DNA of 64,000 bases from Dimargaris cristalligena (taxonomy: Eukaryota), in contig ML002218.1 of assembly GCA_003614675.1 (NCBI GenBank), positions 1 through 64,000 on the forward strand, in the 5' to 3' direction. Position numbers and translations under genes: made by a program. Within the stretch, counting starts at the first letter, position 1; each line of letters starts with the position of its first letter. The notes under the pieces were generated by a model. That model ran no database searches. It worked only from the letters and a program-made list of their open reading frames with translations, and was not told where the DNA came from. Positions 45,667 to 57,275 of the stretch are shown one piece after another.

Positions 45667-46734
45667 TCAACATGGTAACCCAGCGAGGAGAGTGGAACGC
45701 AGTAAGGGGCTCGACCACGTGAAATCTAAATCGGGCGTTTACAACTGACCCGACTATCCGAGCCAGTGGATAAGGACGGCTAACGCCATAGGCCGTGGGT
45801 ATATTTGGTCAATGGGCATTTCTGGGGAACAGAGCCAGGCGCGAAGGACAATGGGGACAAGAGAAGCCCACAATAGGGGTTTACGTGAGCACTTATCAGG
45901 GATGGTTCTTGGGGTGAAGTGCGAGTGACTTACCCCATCGCTTCGAAGGCCGTCCGGGGCAGGAGGACCAAAACCCTGGCTATGGATCACCACCACCATC
46001 TATTTAGTGAATAAATAGCCGAAGGGTCCCCGAATTTAATTTCAACCCGAACGGGAACAGACCTCGCCGCATTTCGGACTGAATAGGAGTTTAATAGAGC
46101 GGGAACCTAAAAGCATTGAATGGTTCATGGGGTGAAGGGCGATGATCCCCGCGATACTCTAGGATCAAGGGATGTGCGAGGGGAAAGTAGGAAGGAAGGA
46201 GTGACCACCTTCTCCCCCCTTCGACGGTATTGGTCTTGGTCACTCATCCCTGGTCAATCACCGGCCAGGGCGGGAGGGGGATCTGTGGTCGTCGATCGGT
46301 CGGTCAGTCATTCACTCGACTGTAGTGGCGGTTGAAGAGGCCCAAACCTTGATCACCTGGGGAGTCTCGGCCAATCCACATTAGGCCATGCCCAGAGATA
46401 GGCCAAGCACAGATGGGCGAGATGTAAACGGATGCGGAGACAATGTGTCGCCATACATTCGTGTATATATAACATACATTCAGACGATTAAGCTGACCTA
46501 TAGACATGGTGACGAGGAGAGGGGTGATGGCCACCTTTTACACCAGCGGAGAAGGGATTGGTCATACTGCCCGAGATCTCTAATGCAAGACATGCGGGGC
46601 CAGTTAAATGGCTGCCCTCTAAATAAAGAGGCTACCCTCGTCACTCCGCAACGATCAATTATTACTCTGCATTGCGGAGTTTAGGGACGTGCCTTGGCTG
46701 ACGTTCCCAGGGGCCATGCGACAAGAGGCATCCA

Positions 46735-46864
46735 TATGGGTGAAATTCAAACCAGCTGTATAAGGTTTTACATAATACATGTATGTGAGAATACCTTTTA
46801 ACCAGTAATATTGGCCTCATCCAATGGATTTTTCGTTATACAGCCTGAATGAACTTCTCCCATA
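46735..46864 (+). mobile_element. MITE-like element, copy D (130 bp, 12-bp internal deletion relative to copy C)
   Basis: TA-TGGGTGAAATTCAAACCAGCTGTATAA ... TTATACAGCCTGAATGAACTTCTCCCA-TA. Confidence 0.75.
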
Positions 46865-49645
46865 TCCATAGATTCAGGGTGTCTCAAACCCCCCTATTGA
46901 CCCGTTAACTAACCCCCACATCCCCAGCGGGCAATTCCCTAGTCCCATGAAAAAAATGAGGTCTCGTGGCAAGCGATCGATGACCACGCCACGGCATTCT
47001 AACCCCAATGGGGGGAGTGATCGAAAGACACCGCTAGATCCCCGTCATTCGATTTGAAATCTCCGCTGCAGGTCACTTTAGGCCACCGACTCCGCCCGGT
47101 TGGCCATGCTTGGTTAGGTCGTAACACTACGGCCTTAAATCAAACCAAAGTACTCCCTTACCCTCATCCCGGTTCCACGATACACCCACCACCATTCAAT
47201 AATAATAATAATAATAATAATAACGGCCACCCCAAAGCGGCTGCCACGCGGGACTCTTAGAGGAGTATAGGTTGAACGCGGGCAAAAGGGGTGATGTGGT
47301 GGACAATTAATCAAGGGGCCCCCTCTCTTCCTTTATTCCTCCAAGCCCCTTTGACAATGGCATGGTGTGGTCCCTAGGGGGTTACACATTGTGTGCTGTG
47401 TCATCTTGTGCGCGGAAGAAACCAGCAGGAACGACCTCCCTCCTATACCCCGTTATCCTTCCGTCTGCCAGTGCGTTAGGGTTGCGGTAGTAGTCAAACC
47501 CACCCTTCCTCCCAGTGCGATCGGCCCCTACGGACTGATTAGTTCCAGGGCCCATCGTCGCGCCTATTCCGGGACAACTCCACTCGTCCCCCCCCTTCAG
47601 CGTCATTATGGGATTCTATGCATACATCATACATGCGCATATATCCAATTTAACTGACCCCATAATACCGGATGCATATAACGACCCTCCCCCTCTTCTT
47701 CCACTCACCGTAATTGGGATAGTGGTCGCCACGGTACACAAGCACCAAATGCTGCTGCTTATTGTTACCTTGGCGGGGTCTCGATCAATGAATGCATCGT
47801 GGGCCGTATATAAAGCGCCGCCTCTCCCATCCTTAACGTGTTGACTACTCCATTCGCTAGCATCATTATTATTTCTAATCCTCACTCACCGGGACCCTTG
47901 GCTGACTCCGTTTTTCTCTGTGTTTGCCCTTCCCACTAACTTAGACTGCTTGCCCACTTACCACATCTATCCCCACACTCACTGCTTTTCATCTTGTTAC
48001 TCCTCTGCGATCATCTCCCCCTCCCTCCCATTCCACTCATTCACCCCCCCGTTCGTTTATACTCTGTCGGCCTGAATGTGGTGGCTGCCCTGACTGACAA
48101 TCCGTAAATTCTTGGTCATCCCTTACAACAAACCATACCTCGCCTCCCTCTCATTTCGGCCCTGTTTAATCGTGCCTTATTGTTTTTCATTTTTTTTTAT
48201 TTCTTTGGGTTGGACGAGATATTCCCCCTCCCCCCCCCTCTCTCTCTATCTACACACAAATTGGGTCCAGTGCCACCACCACCCTCAGCCGCTCCACTCG
48301 TGGCTGTTTTAATTGATTCTGTAGAATTGCTACAGTGTTATGCTGGAGATTGGCGTCGATATATATATGCCCTTGTAAGTCCCCTATACTCAGGTGCTGT
48401 TTTAATACCCTTTTACGTTTCCTCTACCCCACCTCTACGACTGGGCTTTTTTTAACCCCCCGTCCCTCCCTCTTATGCCCCGCTTCACTTAGCCAAACCC
48501 CCTTTCCCTTAATTCATTTTCGGAATTCGCGACCCTGTCAACCAGTCGCTGATCGTCTCCCAACCCTGGGTTACTCTTTATCGCCTCCCGTCTGGTTTAC
48601 CCTACCGGCTCACCTCCCTTCATTCGACTACGCGAGTGTATATAATAAACCCGAGCGCCGCCGCTGGAACCCACTCACCTCTCCATCTGTCCCCATTGAC
48701 CAGCGGTCTCTTATTTTATAGCCCATCTCCCCCTAACCTGCGCGCTATTAAGCCTAAACCCCTCCTCCTCATCTGCGTGCTACTCCTACTGGCAGTGCAC
48801 CCTTGACTCTCCTCGCTTTTATTCGTCCGTCCAGCATCGGCTCTGTGGGGCTAAGTGACACACGACTACCACCTGCTTGCTATTCGCCTATTCGTCGCTC
48901 TTCGGCTGGTTACGTCTCGTTTCCCTTTTTTTGTCCACCCCCTCTAGTTCTCTCTCGCCTCGGGTGTCCAACCAAAATACCCGCCAAACGACGTGTAAGT
49001 TGCAGTTCCTCTCTCTATATTGGACCGCCCCGCCCAAGCCGCCAGCCGCGTTTATTTATCTAACGTCTGTTGTGTATAATATTTCTAGTTCGCCGGTCGC
49101 CTCTCTCCCTTTTAATACACCCATTTTCCTTACTATACTATATTCATTTACCTACTTAACTTCGTTTTTCTGTCTTCGCGTTTTATTATTATTACCTCGG
49201 CCCACAAACCCTACCTAACGCTATAATATATATTTCCTTATCTTGACGTTTGCCCTTTATCCGACCGGTTTGTGCCATATATAGCCCTCTACTATATAGT
49301 ACCTTCAACAACTCGTGGTGGCGCCGTGTATTTGCCTCTTTCTCTCTTTCTCTCTCTCCCTGTCTCGTTTGGTTTGTTTTGGCGACATCTTCCCACCACC
49401 CAAGGAGCAGCCGCGTGGTTCGCTTTTATTTCCTATTCACACGGCTCCTCCTCTTTCCTGTCAGCACTGAGTTACAGCAAGGGTCACCGTCTCTCATAAT
49501 CATCTAGGCCGCCTCTATTGTCGGCTATTTATGACAACCCTTCCCCGCCTCTCGACTTAAGTACCCTCGCGTAAATCGCCCTTACCTCTTGGCCATTTGT
49601 GCACACCACTCTATCCACCCATATATTTATTTACTAGCTACCACC

Positions 49646-51739
49646 ATGTTACTTCTAAGGCACAATTATCTGTCTTCCGAAGACATAATTACAGTCGAAA
49701 AGGTAAGCTTGACTCCCACTTCCACCTTGACGCGTTTACTAACCCACCCCTTGTCAACCACCACCCCCCCCAGTCGGCAACTTGTCTTTACTAACTTTTC
49801 CCACCTACTCTGTGCATATTTGTATCTTTCCCGTATCATTTTACCTACGAACTGTTCCCCCTACGTCATCCTGCAGACCAAACTCACATACCTGGTGAAG
49901 AAATGGCCAACCGTCAAATTAAACTTTGATGCCTGGGTATATTCTACCCCGGAGCTTTACGGTATCATTCTGGCCATATTCGAGCACATGGACGTTATGA
50001 CCACCCTTAACATCACCGACAGCCAGGTTTTGGACTTCGTTTTAGATGTGGCTGCGGGCTATCAAACTGTTCCCTACCATTCCTTTTACCACTCCGTCGA
50101 CGTTGTAGTCAAGCTCTACTATGTTTTGACTACCCTCTGTGGGGAGCGTTACCTTACCTCCTACGATGTGGCCGCCTTGCTCATTGCCGGCCTATGTCAT
50201 GACATTGGCCACCCCGGGTTTAACAATCTGTACCAGAAGCACGCCAACACCGACCTGGCCCAGAAGTACGGCGACGCCTCTATTCTCGAAAAGCACTCCT
50301 GTCATGAGACACGGCGCCTCCTAGACAAGCACCAGCTCCTGGTTCATCTCCAGCCTACCATCTCCCCGGTTGGCCTCAACCGCAATTACTCCCCTGTGAC
50401 CGCGGACACCCTGACGAATTCCATTACCGAAATGATTCTCATGACCGACATGGCTGTGCACTACCGCGTGGTCGAACAGTGCAACCAGTTGGTCGAGCTG
50501 GTCACTTCAGCCTTAGAGGCTAGCGAGTCCAGTTCCGACGATGACGCCGCTCCGCCGTCACCCGGGGCCCAGGGTGGTGCTAGGGACGGCGTGGCTAACC
50601 TCTCGACACCCATTTCTCGGGCATCATCCGTGGATTCCTTGGGGACCCCAGTCAACTTCAATGCCGAGCAGCGCCTGTTTTTCTGTAATGTAACCCTTCA
50701 CGCCGTGGATATTTTTAACCCGGTTTTACCCTGGGATATGTGCAAACGGTGGTCAGACGTCATGATTCAGGAGTCCTTCCGGCAAGGTGACCTTGAGAAA
50801 CTACACAACTTCCCCATCACCCCCAGTATGGACCGCACCCAGACCGAACAATGCCAAATCAGCCTGGACTTTGCCCACTATATTGTTAAGCCCTTCTTTG
50901 AGTCACTAGCCTATTTGTTCCCGGTGGACGGATTCGTCATCGACTCTCTCAACGACAACATCCGGCACTGGGAGAAGCTCAGGGAAGAAACCCGGGTCCC
51001 GGCCGTATTGGCCACCTCTACGAACGACGAGGAGCTTACGTCGGCGCCTACTACCCAGATCCGGACGGGCAACCGAGTCGCCCACTCGTGTGTTTCGGGT
51101 TCCCTGCACGGCCGCCGCCTCAGTGTGGCGGCGGGGACCATTGTCATTGCCATGCAGCACGACCCCTGGCGGCGACATTCGGGAGATTTCTTCAGTCACA
51201 AACGCAGTTTCCCGACGCAGTGGCAGCGTAAATTGGCCCAGCATAAGAATAAGCGGCGGCAGGTGCGCCACCTTAATCAGATGACCATTGAGCCAGGGAT
51301 CTACGCCTTTGACCAGGCCCATGCCACCTGTCCTCTCGAACGCAGCCCAGGCTCCCTGGATAGTAGTGACACTGGCGAAGGCCGGATAGGTATGATGCCA
51401 CCTGCCCCGGGATCCGCAGCCGAGCTTTCTAATCCCCCGGAACTTTCCTATAATTGTAATGGGGCCACCGACCATTACCACGCGGCCCGGGACGACCCTG
51501 AGCTTAACCGCCAAGCTATCCTACATGCCATTTCCAGAAGCCGCCAAAATTCGACCCAACTCGACCATTTAAATCACTCGGTTGACCGCCTTCGAACCGA
51601 AGAAGTTAGCCGCAAATACCGCCGTAGCTCCTCTCTTGATGTGTCCTTTCTGCTTCGCTCGCCAGAAGAACAAGCATTCCCACCACCAGCTACCACCCGT
51701 ACGTGCCGCGATCCTACTAATAATGTAAATGTGGCGTAG
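49646..51739 (+). CDS. Class I 3',5'-cyclic nucleotide phosphodiesterase (HD/PDEase_I domain); exons 49646-49702 and 49877-51739
   Basis: YHSFYHSVDV, AGLCHDIGHPGFNN (HD signature), SILEKH, ILMTDM, HAVDIFNP and FRQGDLEK. Start CCACCATG at 49646. Intron AAG|GTAAGC...TACTAAC...CTGCAG of 174 nt. Confidence 0.9.
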   Translation: MLLLRHNYLSSEDIITVEKVSLTPTSTLTRLLTHPLSTTTPPSRQLVFTNFSHLLCAYLYLSRIILPTNCSPYVILQTKLTYLVKKWPTVKLNFDAWVYSTPELYGIILAIFEHMDVMTTLNITDSQVLDFVLDVAAGYQTVPYHSFYHSVDVVVKLYYVLTTLCGERYLTSYDVAALLIAGLCHDIGHPGFNNLYQKHANTDLAQKYGDASILEKHSCHETRRLLDKHQLLVHLQPTISPVGLNRNYSPVTADTLTNSITEMILMTDMAVHYRVVEQCNQLVELVTSALEASESSSDDDAAPPSPGAQGGARDGVANLSTPISRASSVDSLGTPVNFNAEQRLFFCNVTLHAVDIFNPVLPWDMCKRWSDVMIQESFRQGDLEKLHNFPITPSMDRTQTEQCQISLDFAHYIVKPFFESLAYLFPVDGFVIDSLNDNIRHWEKLREETRVPAVLATSTNDEELTSAPTTQIRTGNRVAHSCVSGSLHGRRLSVAAGTIVIAMQHDPWRRHSGDFFSHKRSFPTQWQRKLAQHKNKRRQVRHLNQMTIEPGIYAFDQAHATCPLERSPGSLDSSDTGEGRIGMMPPAPGSAAELSNPPELSYNCNGATDHYHAARDDPELNRQAILHAISRSRQNSTQLDHLNHSVDRLRTEEVSRKYRRSSSLDVSFLLRSPEEQAFPPPATTRTCRDPTNNVNVA

Positions 51740-52603
51740 GCTGAGGGGGGGGGGGCATATTCCACTAGGCTGCTATAATGGGGTCAATTCACCATTATGT
51801 TGGATGTTCCAATTAAACCTAAACGTAGGCTTATATTTGTTTTTGTTTTTTCGTTACTGTTGTGGGGCTGGGATAATAACTCACGCCTTGCCTCATTTTC
51901 CCCTGTAGATTAAAATTTGATCAGTTTACTGAATTCTCACATAAAATACCACTTTTTGCTCCACCTACATGTTTATATGTATTACCTTACTATTTTTATA
52001 ATACTTACGGTTATTACCCCTCACCAACGGACAATTGACGTTATTCCGTATGATTTTAACAAACAGTCTGTATCTCTTCCTTTTTTCTCTATCTCTGAAT
52101 TGAAATTCGCTTCGGTTGCATGTTAAAAATTATCTTTTATATCAGCGTGTAATATAAACTACTTTAAAGGCTCGCTTCTATTATTATGACCAATGGTGAA
52201 TGAATAAGTGAATGTACCACCATTTCGAGCCGATATGGGGCCAACTGTAATTTATAAAGGCCACCCTATTTGTGCTGGGAGACTCAATGGGGATAATACC
52301 AAGGGATGTAGAATATATATATATATATGATAGATTGGATAAGTATATAAGGAGGGCTGGCCTGTAGGCTATTGCGAAAATTCCAACCTGTGCGTTAGTC
52401 ATTTCATGAGAAGGGGGCTTGACTACATAGTAGAGGGGCATTTAGGGCAATTGGTTTAGTTTGACCCTCTTATCCACGTTATATTTTTTTAAGGTTTTTT
52501 TTGTTAGGTATCCGAATAGTGGGGAGAAATTCTCAAAAGAGCTACACAGTGTAGATGGATGGGCAATGAGTGCCCTCGCTCCCATTTTTCGTGTAATTCC
52601 GCG

Positions 52604-52617
52604 ACGCGTCGACGCGT
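52604..52617. promoter_or_regulatory. Tandem MCB elements (two ACGCGT; palindrome ACGCGTCGACGCGT) upstream of TOS4
   Basis: Two perfect ACGCGT at 52604-52609 and 52612-52617, and a third at 53228-53233. Yeast TOS4 is a G1/S SBF/MBF-regulon gene. Confidence 0.5.
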
Positions 52618-53436
52618 TTGTGTACGTGTTATGTTTTGGGATGGTAGGTGTGTAGATGGTAAACACAGGTAGTTCAGTGAGTGTATTTGTAGGATATTAT
52701 ATGGCAGGGGTTTCGTGAGGTTGTTTAGATTTACTTGGCAGAGGGATAGAGTTGGGGTATAGTAAATAGTCAATAGCAAAGGGCGAAGATTGTTGATTGA
52801 CAGCTAGGCTTGGGCCACATTTACTTGGCAGAGGTAGACTTGATGTGGGGTTGCCAGGGGTGCCTGTATCAATGGATTAAGGTATGGGGGGTCAGGGTCG
52901 AGAAGAATAGGCGGTGTAAGTAGGTGTAGGTGTAGATGGTGTAACGCGCGGGATCATACGGGGTTGAAGTAGTAGTAGTTAGGGATGGCAGCTGATTCCC
53001 GCGGTTGTTGATGCCTCGCTGTTTCCCTAGTAGCCCTCTGGTTATTATAATCCCTCTCTCGCCCTGCGCGGATGCACATGTGTGCGTTCGCACCGCTGTT
53101 ATTCTCCTTGCGTGTAGAGAGGGAAGTATAGGTAGATAGGGAGGCGGAGTGAGGGAGGGAGGCCGCCACCTTTTCCCTGTGCCCCTCGTTCCACAACCCC
53201 CTCCCTATCTCTATCCCTCTATGGTGGACGCGTACTGCTCCCTTTCTTCTCTCTTTACCCTCCTTATATTTCTCTCTCTCTCTCTCTCTCTCTCTTGAGT
53301 ATTCCGTGCTTCCCCTCACTTGGTTTCCGCTTTTGCTGTCGCATTCCGGTTATTCCTTTGATTTTCCACTCTTATTTTCTGCCTTCTTTTGCTCGGAACT
53401 CGCCTCTCTATATCACCTTTATATTTTCTGCCTGCG

Positions 53437-55647
53437 ATGGCCGCGTTCTTTGCCCGTGGTTCTTCACCCTTTGACGAACTGGTGGCTAGTCCCACCAAGT
53501 ATACGTCGCAAAACTCGGCCCTTTTGCCTGGCCCTCCCTCGGCCAGTCACCACCACCATACACTGCCAACCCCTCATAACAGCTCGCCACTTCTACGCAG
53601 TACCTATTTATCCGACTTGGACGACCCCGCTGTCCCCGAAACCGACATTCGGGTTCACTGCGATAGTGACGGCGAGGACACCACCACGCTACCCACTTCC
53701 GCCCATGCCTTCTCCGCCTGGTTACGTAATAACGGCCATACTCCCGCCTCCCCGTTACAAGTGGCTCTGAACTCCACCGACGCTGACCCGACCAACCAAC
53801 CGCACGACGCTGCTACCTTAGCCCTCCATGACGTCAAGGAGACTCTAACCGCCTCTTCTTCCACCCTGGACCCCGCCTATCCGTCGTCGACCACACCCGC
53901 CGCCAACTACTCATTGTCTCACTCAACCACCACCACAGCGGCCACTGTCGAATCGCCGGCACGTTCCGGTGCCGTCCCTACTACTGTAACGGGAACCGGA
54001 TCCCATGCGTTGTTCCTCACCACCGGAACCATCGTGGGCCCATCCTCGCCCCAGGCCCCTATCGTTATTGGCCGAGGTCGCAAATCGACCCTCGACTTAA
54101 CCCGCCAGCACCGGGAGGTGTCCCGGGTTCACGCTACTATCCGCTGTTCCCATTCGGCCCAGGTAAATAGTGAGGCTTCCGGGGGTTCTAGCGAATTGTC
54201 GTTGTCGGCAATGTCCTACAGCCAGTATCTTATGGACATTACCGGGCGCAATGGGGTCAAGGTGGACAGTCAGCTTTACCCCGCCGGAACCACCATTCCT
54301 CTGTTGGACGGGCAGCAGCTGGATTTCGTCGGCGTCCAGTTCCGGTTTATCTACCCGGCTACATCCACTCAGTCACCTGTCAGTGCCCCGATGCTGCTTT
54401 CCCCGCCCCCTCCTTCTCCCTTGGCCCCACCCTCCGTTATGGAGATAGTGCCCGAGGTAGTGGAAGTAGAAGAGGAAGTGACGGAGCAGATGGAGGAGGC
54501 AGTAGTAGAAGAAGAGGCACCGGTCAATTCGATTCATCCCGTCGACGTGCCGCTGACTGCTTCTGCTACCGTCGACCCGGAGCCCCCTTCGTCCCCCGCC
54601 TCCCTTCTCTCCCCACTCATGTGCGATGACAGCAGCCTCTCGTCCGTGGCCTGCTCGCCATCGCTGGTCGACCTTGAGGAGTCCCAGCCTTCCCCCGTTT
54701 CGGAGTTTCCCTTACCTGAACCGCACCTGGAGAGTGACGTGAATTCTACTATAGCCGTCAAAGGGGCTAATGAGGACTGCAATGGGCCGTCTGTTAAACG
54801 ACTGAAAATCGATCCAGATACCCCTACGGAGCCTGTGGTCTTAAGGGCGAACCTACTGACGGTGTCCATCCCCGAAGAGAAGTCGTTCCAGCCGACTTCC
54901 CCGGTTGTGGCATTGCCTGTTTCCTCTGACCTAACCCCGCAGAGTCCCCCTTCCATCCCGAGCCCCCAGAGTCCCACTAAATATAACCGGCCCAAGTCCA
55001 AGTCCAAATCCCCAGCCAAACCCAAGCCGAGTTTGTCCCCGTTAGACCAGGCTGGCTTGTTACCCTTGGTGATCGACACCATGGTATTCTCGGCCAAGCG
55101 ATCCCACACGGTGGCCGATATCTTCCATGCCCTCACCCTTAGCCATCCCCAGCTGGTGAGCGAGGATCCTTCCAAGCCGTCTGTAGAGCAGGGCTGGAAG
55201 TGTCGTATCCGTTCATTGATGGTCGACCATCCCTGCTTCGGCCGGGTGGTGCGCCACAGCAAGGACGCATCGAACCGCATTGCTGATGACTTGTGGTACT
55301 ACGAGCCCCACAAGGATAGCGATTCCGGTCGTCAGGAGAGTTACGAGGGCTTAGTGCGTACCGCCCGGCGGTGTACCCTCAAAGATAACCAGTATTACTT
55401 TAAACCGGTGCCCAAGCACAAGCCCCTCAAGAAATGGATCTACATCCAGGAGAAGGAACCCGTGGCTGCTACGCCTACTACTACCACCACCACCGGTACG
55501 ACCGCTGTCCAGCCACCGGTGAAACGTACCAGTGATAAATCGGAGGGCCGCGCCTCGTCCCCGTTGTCGCAGGGTTCCACTTCATCAAAGTCCAAATCTG
55601 CCTCCAAGAAACGTGGTCGACCTACTAAATCCGCATCAGACGAGTAG
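53437..55647 (+). CDS. TOS4: FHA-domain protein Tos4/Plm2 homolog (736 aa, intronless)
   Basis: FHA motifs IVIGRG...VSRVHA...GRNGVKVD. C-terminal CFGRVVRHSKDASNR...WYYEP..D.D..R....RTARRC....QYYFKP matches the Tos4/Plm2 C-terminal domain. KKRGRP AT-hook-like tail. First ATG at 53437. Confidence 0.8.
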   Translation: MAAFFARGSSPFDELVASPTKYTSQNSALLPGPPSASHHHHTLPTPHNSSPLLRSTYLSDLDDPAVPETDIRVHCDSDGEDTTTLPTSAHAFSAWLRNNGHTPASPLQVALNSTDADPTNQPHDAATLALHDVKETLTASSSTLDPAYPSSTTPAANYSLSHSTTTTAATVESPARSGAVPTTVTGTGSHALFLTTGTIVGPSSPQAPIVIGRGRKSTLDLTRQHREVSRVHATIRCSHSAQVNSEASGGSSELSLSAMSYSQYLMDITGRNGVKVDSQLYPAGTTIPLLDGQQLDFVGVQFRFIYPATSTQSPVSAPMLLSPPPPSPLAPPSVMEIVPEVVEVEEEVTEQMEEAVVEEEAPVNSIHPVDVPLTASATVDPEPPSSPASLLSPLMCDDSSLSSVACSPSLVDLEESQPSPVSEFPLPEPHLESDVNSTIAVKGANEDCNGPSVKRLKIDPDTPTEPVVLRANLLTVSIPEEKSFQPTSPVVALPVSSDLTPQSPPSIPSPQSPTKYNRPKSKSKSPAKPKPSLSPLDQAGLLPLVIDTMVFSAKRSHTVADIFHALTLSHPQLVSEDPSKPSVEQGWKCRIRSLMVDHPCFGRVVRHSKDASNRIADDLWYYEPHKDSDSGRQESYEGLVRTARRCTLKDNQYYFKPVPKHKPLKKWIYIQEKEPVAATPTTTTTTGTTAVQPPVKRTSDKSEGRASSPLSQGSTSSKSKSASKKRGRPTKSASDE

Positions 55648-56434
55648 GCGGTAATGTGGGTGTGGAGGTTGGGGGGATATATATGTAATACCCAACCCCC
55701 TCTCCTCTGATTTGATTGATTGATTGTTATGCAATATTTTGCTCAGTTTGCTTTTCCCTGCTACTTGCTATAGACCTTATTTATTTCTCATCTTTGCACT
55801 TGCGTTTCATTGTGCGACAATTTCGCCCATTTTACCACTCATTGCTTACTACTGCGTTGTCTGTTTCGGCGACTAATCCTTCCTTTCCCCATACCTCTCC
55901 CCTCTCTGAAAAGACCCGGTCTTTTGCTTTGTATATACACTCTGTTCGTTCTCCCCTTTTTTATTATCATGGCAGTTTCCACTAAGCGGGTTGCATATTT
56001 AAGATACTTTCACCCCCTTATATTTGGTCGTATTCGCTGCGAATCTACCCATTCTTTCAGGCCATCGACATACAATTAAATAATAATAAACACTCAATAG
56101 CACCTAAAAACCATATTACCTCGAAAAATGATTAGTGGACGAGGCCCATTCATGGGCCATGTCTGTTGGTGTATTTTTGGGGCTACATCGCTATTGGCTA
56201 ACTATGTAATTGTGTGGCGCACTATATTCGCACTAGTTAGTTATTTATTGTACGCCCATCTTTACCTCCGTGGATGCAATTTCTTTTTCCTAAATTGACC
56301 TACTGAATTTACCACTCTACTTCATTCCTGTATTGCCGCGTTCTCAATACCTTTATTTTTGCATCATCTATTGCGTTATTTTGCACACCTCTCCCGGGTG
56401 AAACAATCGACGTCCTCTATAACCTCCGATTGCC

Positions 56435-57242
56435 ATGGAAACTCTATTAGAGCAGCAGCGGCACCAGCATGAGGAGATCGAACGTATCGAAAAGGCAATA
56501 GTTCAGCTGTACCTCTCAGATGCCAATACCGTAGGTCGACTTTTCAGTTGCCTTTAGTCCCAGTTCTTTTAATGCACACGCTCTTTACCCCGCCTCCCTC
56601 TGAGTTTCGCATTGGCCGACGCAACACACTCTCATTGGCGAAATGGGTCAGTTTCTATTCCCCAGGTTTACTTTGGGACTCCCCCAGCTTTTTTTGCTGC
56701 GCGACCCATGTGTCCTTCACCATATGAATCATTATACTCAACTGCATATACTCGCTCTATTATATATCTATATCTACCTATTCCCCTCTTTCACAGACCA
56801 AACAAAAGCTAAACCGCGACCATGCCATTAACGACTATATTGGTCGAATCCACCAAATCAGCCAGGATATTCACAAACGGTACACGGATCTCGAGGGTCC
56901 CTACGAGGCGGAAGTTAAACGGCTCCGGGAGCCCGGCGAGTTTGATCGGTTTTACGATCAACTCAAAGGTGTGTTGGATCACCACAAGCGGTACCCCGAT
57001 GAGCCCGTGGAACCCATGGAACTCAGGTTTATTCGGGATAAGGAAAACCGGGAACGCCAGGAAGAGAACGAAGAGACAGGTAATGCCAGCGTCCTCCTTT
57101 TCTATGCAGTATCACTTCTAATTTTATATATGCCCTTGCGTATTATACACTCATTTCTCTCTTTTATCTAGATATTGGTGGTTTACTCGCCATGCACCTA
57201 CATGCTAAATAACCGGAGCCCCAATCGACTGACCTGATTTTA

Positions 57243-57275
<33 letters not shown>

